Under the pieces are notes generated by a model. That model searched no databases and was not told the origin of the DNA. It was given only the letters and a program-made list of their open reading frames with translations. This document shows positions 13,490 to 31,401 of a DNA stretch of 64,000 bases, piece by piece. The translations under genes were made by a program, and so were the position numbers. Positions within the stretch are counted from its first letter, which is position 1. Each line of letters opens with the position of its first letter. The stretch comes from Eledone cirrhosa (lineage: Eukaryota), in the NCBI GenBank assembly GCA_964016885.1, contig OZ024759.1, positions 25,606,001 to 25,670,000 on the forward strand, written 5' to 3'.

Positions 13490-14100
13490 ATATGAATGTA
13501 TGTATAGAATATTTGGCAATATACCATATGTTTAATTAAAAACATTTAGAAAACCATTCGCTATCAGTTTTAAAGTAGTGACTATGTCACTTCTTTTTGG
13601 CGAAAGAAGGGAGAGAAGCTTGGTTGGCGTTCATCAGAGCCATGTACACCCCTGCTTTCACCGAAAATTATAGAAGCTGGATTCTTATAGAATTCCAAAT
13701 CAGGAGCTGATTATACAGTGATTACTGGTCCAGCAAAAATTAGGTATTAGGATTGGTGCTCTGAAATAGCGATGTACACATAAATGTATATATAGTATAT
13801 TTGGCAATATACTGTATGTTTAATTAAAAACATTTAAATCAGCTCCTTTTTATTACTGGAATTCTATAAGAATCCAGCTTCTATAATTTTCGGTGAAAGC
13901 AGGGGAGTACGTGGCTCTGATGAACACCAACCAAGCTTCTCTCTCTTCTTTTGCCCAAAAGAAGTAAGTGACATAGTCACTACTTTAAAACTGATAGCGT
14001 ATGGTCTTCTAAATGTTTTTAATTAAACATATGGTATACTGACAAATATACTATACATACATTCATGTGTACATCGCTATTTCAGAGCTCCAATCCTAAT
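13490..14100. repeat. Complex interleaved inverted duplication (~220-bp arms) between (TA)n tracts
   Basis: 13490-13712 is the reverse complement of 13836-14066, and 13745-13835 mirrors 14015-14100. Contains a CTGATGA half-core at 13917. Confidence 0.7.
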
Positions 14101-14514
14101 ATATATATATAAACCCGCCTTACCTAAGTACAAAGTGAAACCTACTATAGTCAGTAGGCACCTCTAACAAAATACACCCCCGTCCCACTACCCCCACCCC
14201 ATCCACACCACCCCCTTTCAATGTAAAGTTATGTTGGTAGCACAACATCCAGCCCGAAACAAATGAGGTCGTGTAGGTGTCACAACAAAAAAACACAGTC
14301 CACGCTGTAATGTGGCCGTGTAGGTAACACGGTAAAAACCTCCCAGTTCCACACTGTAAATGTGGTTGGTGTTAGGAACGGCATCCAGCTGTAGAAAACC
14401 AGCCAGACAGTCCTATGCGAGCAAGACAACCAATCTTGCCTCAAGTGGGAAAACTCCCGTCCAAACCCATGCAAGCATGGAATATGGACGTTAAACGATG
14501 ATGATGAAATATAT

Positions 14515-14785
14515 ATATGAAAACGGGGAGAAAGAGACGATTATTAGGGAGAAAAATATCTTTTTTTCCTTTTTTGTTTCTCTCTCTCTTTTTTCTTTGT
14601 GTGAAGTGTTAAGGTATTAGTTGATTTATTTATTATTTAACAATGGCATTTATTTATCTATTTATATATTTAATTATTGTCTATTACTGGTTTCAGCATT
14701 TTTATGCATTATCAAATGATAGTGAAATGTATTAGTGTGGTGTCATACATGTTAAACAGAAGGTGCAGAAAGAATGTTATTTACA
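14515..14785 (-). repeat. Dispersed ~300-bp AT-rich repeat (copies at 48785-49085 and 54370-54685 on +)
   Basis: Shared ttctttctgcaccttctgtttaacatg...cctgttttca(ta)n. Confidence 0.8.
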
Positions 14786-14912
14786 AACAAGGTTTATGAA
14801 GTGAAAAGAAAAAAGAAAAAGGAAAAAAAACGTGCATAATGTAGAGCATAAAAAGTCAATGTGGAAGAAAAAATAATGTTATTTACAAGCATAATATATA
14901 TATATATATAAT

Positions 14913-15355
14913 GGAGGCACATGGCTTAGTGGTTAGAGCATTAGCTTTGCAATCGAAAGGTTGTGAGTTCAATTCTCAGACCGGGTGATGTGTTGTTTCC
15001 GTGAGCAAGACACTTTATTTCACATTGCTCCAGTTTACTCAGCTGTAGAAATGAGATGATAGGACTGGGGTCCCTATCATTCCACTGCAAAGTGGTCGTG
15101 GAGGTGCCACGGCAAAAAAGCACCCAGCCCACACTGTAAAGTGGACGTGTAGGTGCCACGGAAAAAAAGCACCCAGCACTCACTGTAAAAATGATGTTGG
15201 TGTTAGGAAGGGCATCCAGCTGTAGAAATCAGGCCAGAATCAGTTCCCGTATGAGCAAGCCAAGGTCAGCTGACCGGACACTGCCCACAACAGGACAACC
15301 CGTCTAACCTATGCTAGCGTGGAAGAACGGACGTAAAAACGGTGATGATGATGAT
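14913..15355 (+). mobile_element. Full-length tRNA-derived SINE (family B) with (GAT)n tail
   Basis: A/B-box head, conserved body, aaaaagcacccag repeats, aggaagggcatccagctgtagaaa, and tail ggtgatgatgatgat. TA flanks. Confidence 0.8.
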
Positions 15356-15415
15356 ATATATATATAGGCAAACACACACACACATATATATAAACCATTT
15401 CCTGTCTGGTTTTAG

Positions 15416-15579
15416 CCCTAGACAGTCTTGGCTTCAGTTCCTACAAAGAGGATGCTGTCGCTGTGTTGGAAGAAGCAAAGGCTGTGGCTGCTAAGAAACG
15501 GAAAGGAAGTTCACGTCTTGAGAATCTGGGAATTCCCGAAGAAGAACTTTTACGACAACAACAAGAATTATTTGCCAAG
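15416..15579 (+). CDS. DR1: Protein Dr1 / NC2-beta, coding exon 2
   Basis: tttag|CC CTA GAC: (A)LDSLGFSSYKEDAVAVLEEAKAVAAKKRKGSSRLENLGIPEEELLRQQQELFAK. Donor AAG|GTTAGT. Confidence 0.96.
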
Positions 15580-16367
15580 GTTAGTATTGTTGTTGTTGTT
15601 TCTTTCTATTTTCAAAAATGTTTTTTGTTTTGTTTTTGTTTACCAAATCAGTATTTTGAGATATGTGGTTTGGATTGTTTTGGGGGAAAGAATATGCAGT
15701 GCAAGTTAGAAATGAACATCATTGTCATCATCATCGTCTACATCATTATCACCACTGCCACCATCATCATTATCATCATCACTGCCCTTGTGTCTAAATC
15801 AGAAACCATTATTAACTCTTTAGCCAGTTTAAATAACTGGCTGTATCCGACCAGAATTCTCTTACCTCTCTCTGTTTAAACCAGCCATAACTGGTCACTC
15901 ATACTTATGTTAAAGTATTGTTCTCAAAATAAATAACATCAAAATCTCGTAGATTTGATATTGTGTGTGATAAAGCCTTTACCACAAAAATACAATTGTA
16001 TATATAGAGTAATGTAAATGCTAAAGGGTTAAGGCAGTAGATTGGTAGAGTCATTAGAGCATTGGATAAATGTGTAGAAGTATTTGTTCTGGTTCTTAAC
16101 ATTCTGAGGTCAAATCCTGTCGAGGTCAACTTTGTCTTTGGTTTTTCCAGAGTCATCCACAATCTCGCTGCTTCTCATGCTCCTTTGACATTTCCTCCGT
16201 GAGCTTTAGCAATCTGAGATCAGCTCTCACCACTTCCTTCCAGGTCTTCCTTGGTTTTCCTCTACCTTGGCCTCCCTCCACTGGAATTATTTAGCACTTC
16301 TTCACTCTATATCAAACATAAAAGTAATATATTTCTGCATTATACTTTGTTATTTCTGTTTACTTTT

Positions 16368-16402
<35 letters not shown>

Positions 16403-16782
16403 CTCGTATTCTACCATCGATAGCATACTTACCAGACAAAGGGTCAGGAGGACCCTACAATCATGTCAAGGACATGACAACCTCTCTAGTGTTGGTGATT
16501 TACACAATAAATGCACCCAGTACAGCATCCAGCTGTAGAAATCTTGCCAAACAAAGGGTTGTGAGGACCATCAGTTGTGTGAAAGCATAACAACATCTCC
16601 TGTGTACTCAGTGGAATGTGAGACACGATCCCTGGCCTGTCTCGGAGATCAGTGATACCACTTCAGTACTGACTTGATCTGTATGGACTCGTTTAACCCT
16701 TGCTAACAGGGAAAGCGAATATTAAAACAATGACCATGATGAGGATGAAAAAAACTTGACATATAAAAATGTTTGATTACAG

Positions 16783-16932
16783 GCTCGCCGTGAACAGCAG
16801 CAGATTGAACAACAACAGCGACTGCACGTGCAGAATGCCCTACAACAACAACAACAACTGCAGCTAACACAAAAGTCAGTGACACAGTCGACAGACAGCC
16901 AAAAGGATGATGATGATGATGATTATTGTTAA
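16783..16932 (+). CDS. DR1: Protein Dr1 / NC2-beta, coding exon 3 (Q-rich region, acidic tail, stop)
   Basis: tacag|GCT CGC: ARREQQQIEQQQ...KDDDDDDYC*. Total CDS 537 nt = 178 aa. AATAAA at 17671-17676. Confidence 0.9.
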   Translation, partial: ARREQQQIEQQQRLHVQNALQQQQQLQLTQKSVTQSTDSQKDDDDDDYC

Positions 16933-17400
16933 ACACACTTGGTGAGATTGTTATCACACCTGTAATATCAACATAATTAACAGACAGTTGTGATGAGGAT
17001 GATGATTGTCAAAGACACCTGAAGATTGGAATGCCACACCTGTAATATCAACATAATTCACAGACAGTTGTGATGGTGAGCATTGTTAGACACACCTGTT
17101 GAGATTGGAATGTCACACCTGTAATATCAACATAATTAACAAACCATCGTGATGATGATGATGATTGTTAAAGCCACCTGAAGATTGGAATGTCACACCT
17201 GTAATATTGATATAATAAACGGACCATCCTGACGGTGAGTATTATTAAAGACACCTGAAGATATTGGAATGTCACACCTTTAACATCGACATAATTGAGA
17301 CAGTTGTGATGGTGTTGGCATTAATGATAGTGTTGGTGATGATGATGATGGTGATGACTGTTAAAGACACCTGCAATGGTAATATTGCACCTGTTATATA
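16890..17400 (+). repeat. ~78-bp minisatellite (5-6 copies) spanning the DR1 stop codon and 3' UTR
   Basis: Unit acagacagttgtgatgatgatgattgttaaagacacctgaagattggaatgtcacacctgtaatatcaacataatta. Confidence 0.85.
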
Positions 17401-17762
17401 AACATAACAGACATGTTGTTGATGCTGATGATGATGATGGATAGTGTACCTATTCGAAACCTGATACACACAGAGAAAATATGAATTCTTTTTCTCTAGA
17501 TGAAACTTGTGGTTTGCTACCATCATGACCACCATGATCATCATCACCATAACCATCACCATCACAACCATCATCAACAACTCTAATTGCCTTAAGACTC
17601 ATGTTTATTTAAAAAAAAAATATCACTATCATTTTTTTTTTAATTCATTTCCATTTCATTTGCTCATAGAAATAAAATTATTATATTAATATTATTATTA
17701 TTGTCATTGTTTTTCCTTTTTGTTCAGTATTGTTTCTGTTATATGCCAAGTGTCTTAATATC

Positions 17763-17942
17763 AGGTGGATTGGCAGTATCAGTAGAGGGTCGGACACCAT
17801 GCTTTGAAGCATAAAGTTACCTCCCTTTACGATCTGAGTTCAAATCCCGCCGAGGTTAACTTTGCCTTTCATCCTTACAGGGTCGATAAAATAAAGTACC
17901 AGTAATACCAATAATAGTACCTTGTGCCAAAAGTAGAAACAA
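17763..17942 (+). mobile_element. tRNA-headed SINE, family A (also 32729-32905 -, 38300-38485 -, 38883-39062 +, 41228-41412 -, 45993-46175 -, 59681-59792 +)
   Basis: ggattggcagtatcggtagag..gagttcaaatcccgccgaggttaactttgcctttcatccttacggggtcgataaaataaagtaccag..gtagaaacaatt. Copies are highly similar. Confidence 0.85.
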
Positions 17943-17974
17943 TTATTATTATATTATTATTAATATTATTATTA

Positions 17975-18507
17975 CACTAGTCAACACACTTTTTGCTGAC
18001 TTGGGTTTTGTTGTTTTCAACTAATTTTGAGATGCTGATTTCAAATATGGCATCCATTTTTTTTTTACTAACTCATCAGGTTTGTCTTTCGTTCAGTTAT
18101 CCCATAAACATTGAAAACACAGATATTTTGTATACCCTCCTTGTTGGCCAAGTAAAAAGTTGACCATTTTCTGAGCCACGCATATGTCCCATTTGTGTTC
18201 ATCATATTTGAGTAAATCTAATACAGGTTTTATGTTTTTATGCTTCTCTTTTAAGTGCACAGAGTGACCAATAGGAACTGCACCTAACAAGTTTCCATTA
18301 TGGAGAAATACACATTTTAGACACTTCTTTCAACTATCTTATAAAGAGTTTCCATTCATGAGGACCCATTGCTTTTAACAGTCTCGCCACATCGCAACGT
18401 AATAGAAAAAAGGTATTGTTATTTTTAAACTCAGCAGCCCTAAATAACTCTAGAGTAGGTCTCAAACTTAGGTCAGCAGAAAAAGAGCAAAATTTTGTTG
18501 ACTAGTG
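17975..18507 (-). mobile_element. Internally deleted Chapaev3-like (CMC superfamily) DNA transposon
   Basis: TIRs cactagtcaaca / tgttgactagtg with a TTA target duplication on both sides. Transposase remnant VPIGHSVHLKE..LLGQQGGYTKYLCFQCLWD at 18093-18290. Family assignment is from memory of this motif. Confidence 0.7.
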
Positions 18508-18683
18508 TTATAGATAATTAAGATCCTTTATTGTTCTGAGTTCAAATGCCACTGAAGTTAGCTTTACCTTTCATCCTGACAGACTTGATAAAATAAAGTA
18601 CCATTATCGCATAATATAATCGACTTTCCCTCCCCCAAAATTGTTAGCCTTGCGCCTAAATCAGAAACCATTATTTTTTATAC

Positions 18684-18888
18684 TAACCCTTTAGCATTTA
18701 AAACAGCTGTATCCGGCCAGAATCCTCTCACCTCTTTCTGTTCAAACCATAACTAGCTGCTTATACTTATATTAAGGTATTGTTCTCAAAATATATATCA
18801 AAATCTTGTAGATTTGATATGTGAGATAAAGCTTTTACCCTGAAAATACAATAGTAAATATAGAGTAATGCAAATGCTAAAGGGTTAA
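18684..18888. mobile_element. piggyBac-like MITE (ends CCCTTTAGCATTT, TTAA site); related copies at 15812-16032 and 45510-45710
   Basis: taaccctttagcattt ... aaatgctaaagggttaa. Confidence 0.6.
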
Positions 18889-19684
18889 CGTTAATGACAA
18901 AGAATAAATAATATATAATTTTTGATGATTTAGTGTTAAAGAATAACAACTAAAAATAAAATTAAAATATATGGTTCTAAACTATAACTTATAGGTAGGT
19001 CCAGCACTAAACACGCACAGATTCACATAATCATATATACTAATAAGTCAGTTAATGTAAATATTGTAAATATTTCTATATATTTATTCAAATATTGAAC
19101 AAGAAACATTTAGAAGATACATGTATTATACATACAGTAGACATATATAGATTTACAGATACATTATAACTTTTATTCATACATATGTGTGTATATGAGA
19201 AAAGAAGCACCTAGTCCACCCTGTTAGATGTCGTTTTTGGTTCAATGATAAAAAGCACCCAGTCCACATGGTAATGTGGTTGGTATTAGGAAGGGCATTG
19301 AGCTGAAGAAACCAAGCCAAAATACATATTCATATGAGCAAGATGTTGTCATCTGACCTGGCTTGTCTCATAACATGACAACCCATTCAACCCATGCATG
19401 CATGGAAAGTGGACGTCAAACGATGATCATGATGTATATATATATATATATAGAGAGAGAAGGATTATATATAAATATATATAGACAAAGAAGGATTATA
19501 TATAAATATAGACAAAAAAAAGAATTTCTGTGGATGGATAATCTCAAGAATTGGACAGACTTAAAAATATAAGGAATATACAAGACAAAAGAAAGACTGA
19601 GATAGTGATTCCTTGCTATTGAGTCTGATGGGAGTTTATGATACTTTGGAGACTCTTTTTGATAAAATACACTATTTCAATTAA

Positions 19685-20160
19685 TTAATGAAGAATTATT
19701 TCATTACTAAGATATTAACTTAACATGGTTTTTATATGAAATTATGTTATAAAATTATAATTTAAATAAGAACTCTTTAAAATGGGTGGTTTTGCTTCAT
19801 AGAACCAGAGCTGGTTTTGGCTGGGTCAGTATCAAAAAGGCTAATGACGAATATTTAGGGATTTGCTAGAATTATTACTTAGATAATAACTTAACATATG
19901 GTTCTTATATAAAATTATGTTGGAAGATTTTCAATTTAAACAGGAACCCTTTAAAGTGGATAGTTTCACAGAACCAGAGCTTGCATAGACTATGTTGGTA
20001 TCGAAAGGGCTAATGAAGAATTTTGAGGTATTTACTGAAATTATTATTTCATTATTAAGATAGTTACTTAACATTTGGTTCTTATATAAAGTTATGTTGG
20101 AAGATTTTCAATTTAAAAAGGAACCCTTTAAAATGTGTGGTTTTGTTTCATAGAGCTGGT
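19685..20160. repeat. ~170-bp tandem repeat, 3 copies
   Basis: Recurring gaattatt..aagata.taacttaacat..ggtt.ttatat.aaattatgtt..agagctgg. Confidence 0.7.
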
Positions 20161-20689
20161 CTTGAAGGTTTAAATAAATATTAGAAAAGAGGAGTATGAA
20201 GGGAGGGGAAATATTTCTAAAAAATAATCATTTGACAAAGTCCTAGACCTCCTTCTCTTACTGAATGTGGTGGAACTTGTCAAATCAGACAAAAGAAACA
20301 ATGTTTCCATTGCTGATACTATCTATTGGTCACAGCAACTGCTAGAAAGAGCAATGTAAAGGAAAGTGTCCAGGAATCGAACTCACAACCTCAAGATTGT
20401 GAATCCAGTTCTCTAACCATTAAGTCACTAAAATTAAATAGATATGAGAAAAAAGGGGCAGACCAAGATTTGATGAGGAAATATTAAAATAAATATTAGA
20501 AAAAATGAGAGTGATGGCAAAAGTTTGGGAAGTAAAATACAAAATCATGTGAAAATATTTAACCCTTTCTTTACCACCAGCTGTAGAGTACATGCCAAAA
20601 ATGGAATGTAAGAGTATGATGTAGTCTCCATGACACATTTAGTTTCAGACTGTCACCTCATCCAACCCACGCCAGCATGGAAAATGGAC

Positions 20690-21365
20690 TTAAATGATGA
20701 TATTAACAAAGTATTGTGATAGGGTTTAATACATTGTACTGTGATAAAGGAGATGCAAAGGCTAGAGAGAAATGAAGCAAGAATGCTTTAATGGATGTGC
20801 AATATGAATGTGTGTGAATGACAAAGCATGTATGAGCTGAGACAAAAACTGGGTATAAGAAGAATCAGATTTAGTGTGCAGAAGAGAAGACGAGACTGCT
20901 ATGGACACGTGATGTGTATAAATGATGATTATTGGGTAATGAAGTTACAAAAAAATCACTGTTGGTAGGAAGCTGGGTATAAGAAGAATCAGATGTAGTG
21001 TGTAGCAGAGAAGACTGAGCTGATATGGACATGTGAGGCATATAGAAGAATCACATGTATGACAGCAGAGAGGACTGAGCTGGTATGAACATATGAGGCA
21101 TATAGAGGAATCTGATGTAGTGTGCAACAGAGAGGACTGCTGGTATGGATGATGATTGGTGAGCAAAGAAGTGCTAAGAAATCCCAGTTAAGTTGCAGTA
21201 CAAGGAGACCAAGAAAAATCTAGGCAGAGGTTGTGAAAGCTAATCTCAAATTGATGAAGCTCACAGAGGAGATGGCAAAGGAACACAATGAGTGGAGAGA
21301 TGCTGTGCTAGAAAAGAGAACTATCTAACTCATGTAAGCACGAAAAAGGAAATGTAAAACTATGA
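20690..21365 (+). mobile_element. Old RTE LINE 3' fragment with internal ~57-bp tandem duplications
   Basis: Degenerate RLERNEARML.WMC..LGIRRIR..RR..YGHV; the unit gatgtagtgtg.a.cagagaggactg is repeated. Confidence 0.6.
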
Positions 21366-23069
21366 TGATATTGATAGTAACTAGCAAAATGTGACTTGAA
21401 GTAATGTAACATACACACAGTACTCTATCCTAGTTTAACACAGGGTACTATACAATAGCCTGAACTTGGTTAAGTTTTTGAATTATATGAAAGACTCAAG
21501 AGTAACACAAATAGCTGACATAGGACCACACACACACAAGTATATATATATATATGTATGAGAGAGAGAGATACATATATATATAAACACACACATTATT
21601 CTGTATGCTCATCTATTGTCACAAAAGCACCCAGTCCACCATGTAAGGTGGTCATGTTGGTGACACAAGAAAAAGCACCCAGTCCACAATGTAAGGTGGT
21701 AGTGCTGGTGACACGAGAAAAAGCACCTAGTCCACCCTGTAAGGTGGTTGTTTCCGTGCCATGATAAAAAGCCCCCAGCCCTCACCAACGTAGTTGGCAT
21801 TAGGAAGGGCATCCAGCTGGAGAAACCAATCCAAAATACAGATCCATATACATGAGCATGTTGGACTCTGGACCTGACTTGTCTCATAACATGACAATCT
21901 GTCTAATCCATGCAAGTGTGGAAATAATGGACGTTAAATGATGATTATATATAAAGAGTCACACACATGCATATATGTATATAAGCATACACACTTATGT
22001 GTGTGTATATATATAGAGAGAGAGAGGGAGATAAAGGTAAAATCCCGACAGTGGCGCAACTTGAAACCATTTGCTGCTGTGGTCAGGATTTTGCCAATCT
22101 TTATATCCACTCTACATTAACTACTCTCATGATTAGTGGTCTCCTCGGTCTGAACACTGCAGACCCATCCCTCTCTCTGTGTCTGTCTGTCCCTCCCTCC
22201 CTATATATATGTATATATAAACAGACTCACATACACAACATAGACCAACAAACATACAAAGCATAAAACTGACTAGAGAATGGTGATAGTAAGTTTTGGC
22301 AAAAAATAGTTAAAGAATAATACATACAAAAACAAAACAATACCAAATATATATATATATGAAATTCATAGAAATAATCTGAAAACTCAAGAGCAAGAAA
22401 TAGCTGTTAAAACAGCTAAATGCCATTAATTATAGCATGTAAGTCAGGTAAAAATACCTCAAAGAGAGAAATCAGAGGCCAGTGGTTGGTAAAGAGAAAA
22501 ATGATTTCTGTTTTTTGAGGTACTGACATCCTGTCATTGATGGCATTTGCAGCTATTCCTTGCACTTGAGTTTTCAGATTATTTCTATGGAATTATAATA
22601 CGCTTTGTCTCAATTTTCAAGACAACAATGTTTATATATACATATATATATATATATATATTCTCTTTGGTGGTATAATAGACTGACATTAATAAAGTAT
22701 AATTGTTACGAGAATTAATAAAAATACTGTTTATCATTTGGATACGAAACTATAATACAATTTTATAATTATATTTTATCATCCAAGTGATAAACAGTAT
22801 TTTATTTCTCCTAACAATTACACTTTATTAACACACATGCACATATATTATATAAACTACATGACAAACTGGCATATACCTTCTAGGGTACTTCAGGAAA
22901 CTCTGAGTGCTTTAGAAAGTATACTCCACTTTGCCATGTATTTTATACAATATAATATATTTACCTCTTTGATAACATATTGAGAGCTCTTTCTTTAGTG
23001 ATTACAACCATACATTCAGGCTATATATATATATTTATAGTATAGGCTGGTGGAATGATGTGGTGTTGC

Positions 23070-23233
23070 TTAGAGCCGTTGATAATACCGATATTCAATA
23101 GTGTTACCAAGACATGGGCTGATGAAGAACAAGTAGCCATCTTTGACTAGTGTGAAAAATGATGCCCAACCTTCACGGTTTGGTACCAGTTCTGACCCTT
23201 CTGCTGAATAGACAATTCTTTTGTAGAGAATTC
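23070..23233 (-). CDS. M6PR/Atg27-like protein, exon 3 (cytoplasmic tail)
   Basis: cttcag|GA: ILYKRIVYSAEGSELVPNREGWASFFTLVKDGYLFFISPCLGNTIEYRYYQRL*. G.E..PN..W..DG..F is typical of CD-MPR/Atg27 tails. Total 936 nt = 311 aa. Confidence 0.85.
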
Positions 23234-24434
23234 CTGAAGACAAAAGATGAAAAAATAGAAAAAAGACAACAGATTAGAATATATATATACAGTTAGTTCT
23301 ACAATATATTAGCAAACCATCTTGGAGGACACATGTTTCACCCAACGGATTTGCTAATATGTTGTGAAACTAACTTTATACCAAACTCGTCCTATGGACT
23401 GAGTGCTCTTCTTACTATGGGTATAACCTCCCACTGCAAAGTGGTCGTGGAGGTGCCATGGCAAAAAAGCACCCAGCCCACACTGTAAAGTGGACGTGTA
23501 GGTGCCACGGAAAAAAGCACCCAGCAATCACTGTAAATGAGGTTGGTGTTAGGAAGGGCATCCAGCCAAAATCAGTTCCTGTATGAGCAAGGCATGGTCA
23601 GCCGACCAGACACTACCCACAACAGGACAACTCATCTAACCCATGCTAGCATGGAAGAGCGGACGTAAAACGGCGATGATGATGATATACATATACAGTG
23701 TTCCCCTGGCATTTGCGGTCTCAGTTATTCACGGAATTTTCCTTTGAATCTAACTAATAATTGTTGAAAGACACTGCCTATGGTTTTCAACTAATTTTGA
23801 AAATAATCAAACATTTGGAGGAATTGAATAATATGGATGTTTGGAATATAAGTTAAAAAAGGTTTTTTCAAAAAATTATATTAGCTGGAGTAGGTAAATA
23901 TAAACATTTAAAACAAACAGTTTTGTATTTCCAAATCGGGTGATCACAGCTTCGATATTATGGGCAGGTGGTTAGAATGTTTCAGGAAAGATTGCTGGAC
24001 TGATTTTACAGGCAAAACCAACCAGCAGGAGACCCAGAGCAATATGGTTGGATAACATCCATGAGTTTGGCTGGTCTTGCTTGGGGATACAGCTGGATCA
24101 AATGAAGACAGTTGCTTCTGATAGGACCCACCAGAAAGAGTGTTTGAGGACTCTGTCCCCATGACCTTCCCAAGAATAAGTGGCGGGAAGAAGTTTTATA
24201 TCATAGAACCTGGGGCAGCTTCAGTTAGGTTAGTATGAAATAGGTTAAAGAACCCCTCCCCCCACTTCACTCCCAGCTCCATCTATCTGTCTATCTATAG
24301 AGATAGAGATTAGAAATGTTGGGTGTCCTTAACTGGTATGTAGTGGGAAGGAGGTGCTGACTGATCAGTAGCCAGGGGCTTCACAATATTTAAAGGTTCC
24401 CTCACCAATAATTAATGAAAGTAAGTCAGCTTAC

Positions 24435-24647
24435 CTAATGACAGGTAGATGAATAAAATTGAGAAAAACACGATGACGATGTAGGAGCCTGGACTAAAGG
24501 ATCTCTGTGGAGTTACACATCCACCTGGACAGGCACAGATGGACTGGAGTAAGAGTGAGAGGGACTGGTTGCCTTCGTTGGTATTGAGGACACTGAGTTG
24601 GTCTATGGAACTACACTGAAGGTATACGTGCGTTTTGAACTGGTGAT
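24435..24647 (-). CDS. M6PR/Atg27-like protein, exon 2 (end of luminal domain and TM helix)
   Basis: cttcag|AT: DHQFKTHVYLQC...LLLQSICACPGGC...SPGSYIVIVFFSILFIYLSL(G). Donor G|GTAAGC. Confidence 0.85.
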
Positions 24648-24960
24648 CTGAAGTAGACAAACAAACACAATAATGTATCTAATATCATTTATGTGTGTGT
24701 GTATATATATAAATCAACTCCAATTCTTGACTGGAGAACAAAAGCCAAAGTTGTCCCTGGTGGAATTTGAACCTACACACATTACATATATATATAGTGT
24801 GTGTGTGTGGTGTGTATATATGTGAGATATATTAATATATATATATATAGTGTGTGTCTGTGTGTGGTATATTTACCTGGAGATGTGTGTGTGTGTATAT
24901 GTGTATCTATGTGAAATATATATATATAGTGTGGTGTGTATGTGTGTGCCGTATATTTAC

Positions 24961-25519
24961 CTGGAGATGTGTAACTTATGAAGAATTTATTGGTATCTTG
25001 GTCAAACTGAAATTTGGCTGAGTTTGACTGGCCGGTGTTTCTGTAGAAAACGCTGTTATCGGCAACTTTAAAAACACAAACGGCTGCATTGTTGCACTTA
25101 TCGGCAACACCAGGAGGCGGAGGCAGGTTCTTCTGAGCAGGGCCCGGAGCCAGAGAAAACCCGACACATGGGTTATAGGCCACGGAGAAAGACTGGTTGA
25201 GAGCAATGACAAAACGGGGTTTGCCGTTGAAGAAAGCCACATTCTTTAGATTTATCTCGCCAGTTTCGTTCGACATTCGGCATTTACAAGGCCCCAGTTG
25301 TTTGCATAAATCTTCCGCATCGTTGCCAGCATCTGCTCCTTTCACTGATAACGACGACAGCAACATCAACGTTGCTACTAGTACATATAAATTTGATCGC
25401 GATTGTGATAGCTTTTTTGATGACGAATAAATGGAAAATGATGAAGAATAAGACGAACGAATAGAATAAAAATACGATGAAGACGTATACAGCGAGTGTG
25501 GGTATCTACCATTTAACAT
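24961..25519 (-). CDS. M6PR/Atg27-like (MRH-domain) type I membrane protein, exon 1
   Basis: ATG at 25519; hydrophobic signal segment LYVLVATLMLLSSLSVKGADA; MRH-like pattern C..C.C..G.INL..YNPC..C..AAVC. Donor CAG|GTAAAT, phase 1. Confidence 0.8.
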
Positions 25520-25997
25520 GATGTCTCCTCAAATTTCACGCACCGTGTGACTTCAGTCAATATGCTGCCTGAATGATCTCCCTTGACTTAGCTTTACTAC
25601 GTACGTGAGTTTTACTAATACGTTGTTGTTGTTGTTGTTGTAGGTCGGTGCAGGTTTAGCATGCCTGTTATCAAATTCATTCTATCCCTCCCATGATTAG
25701 GACATTATTATCAATAAGGTGTGATTTGCGGGAGACGTGGTTATTTTCAGCAGGTTGTGCATCCGTATTACAGACTCCGTAGCTGGTTCGTGTTATGTTA
25801 ATATCTGTACGTATGTAAACACCTGTCAGTCTACCTGTATGTATGTGTGTTTGTGCATACGTACACATGTGTATTTCTGGACCTACGGTGTTCATATGTG
25901 TGTGTGTAAGAATCTACCCCCCCCCCCTCCCACAGAATAGTGATGATAGTACTGGTTTGGCCTCGATGCAAACGCGTCTCCTATCTCGACACTTTCT

Positions 25998-26036
<39 letters not shown>

Positions 26037-26292
26037 GCATATGCATACTCTCTACTTTCCCACGTATTGAGTACTTAACTGAACATGGTCTTATTAGTCT
26101 AAACTAGTAGCTCTCGATCTAACTATCTTTCTATCTATATATATTATATATATATGTAGGAGGTGAGTTTTATTGTAGCACAATAAAGCAATGCAAATAT
26201 CGGATAAGTAGCACTCAACAGTTTATAGGACTGGAGTATAAATAATATAAAATCAAAAGATGGTTACATGGAACTGTTTTAACCATCTTTTG

Positions 26293-30846
<4,554 letters not shown>

Positions 30847-31072
30847 ACATTATTTTGCTACCATAAATAATAGCTTGTACCTAGATGAATCTGATAAGAA
30901 ATGAATGTGCAACAAATACGCCCACTTATACTGTTTGTAAAAAGATTAAAGCCGAAAATATGTCTGAAGCCTGGAGGCTCATTAGGTTGGTTGTTTTCCT
31001 AGTTTCCATTGGTGTTAAGTGGTTGAGAGTACAAGACTCACTCCTGGACAAGACACTTCATTATTCTATCAT

Positions 31073-31108
<36 letters not shown>

Positions 31109-31401
31109 GTAAAAGTTCTATTTAAATTGTTGGGATACAACAAGCAAATATTTTTATAACTGATATAAAGCACTCAACAAATATTTGGAGTAAAAATACG
31201 ATATCTTTCTCTCTCTGTTGTTCTGCTCTTTCTCTCTCTTTCCTTCTCTATCTTTCTCTTTCTCCGTAACCCAACGGCTTATTTTTAAAATATCCAATAC
31301 TAATAATATAATTAAAGCTACAACTCCAGGAGCTTCCAACAGTAATGGTTGCATTCTTTAAGGGTATGTCAATATTTATTTAGAAAACTGATCGATATTA
31401 T

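Noticed and set aside
14913-14985. tRNA gene
   Set aside because: Has A/B boxes but no complete cloverleaf and continues into a multi-copy SINE body.
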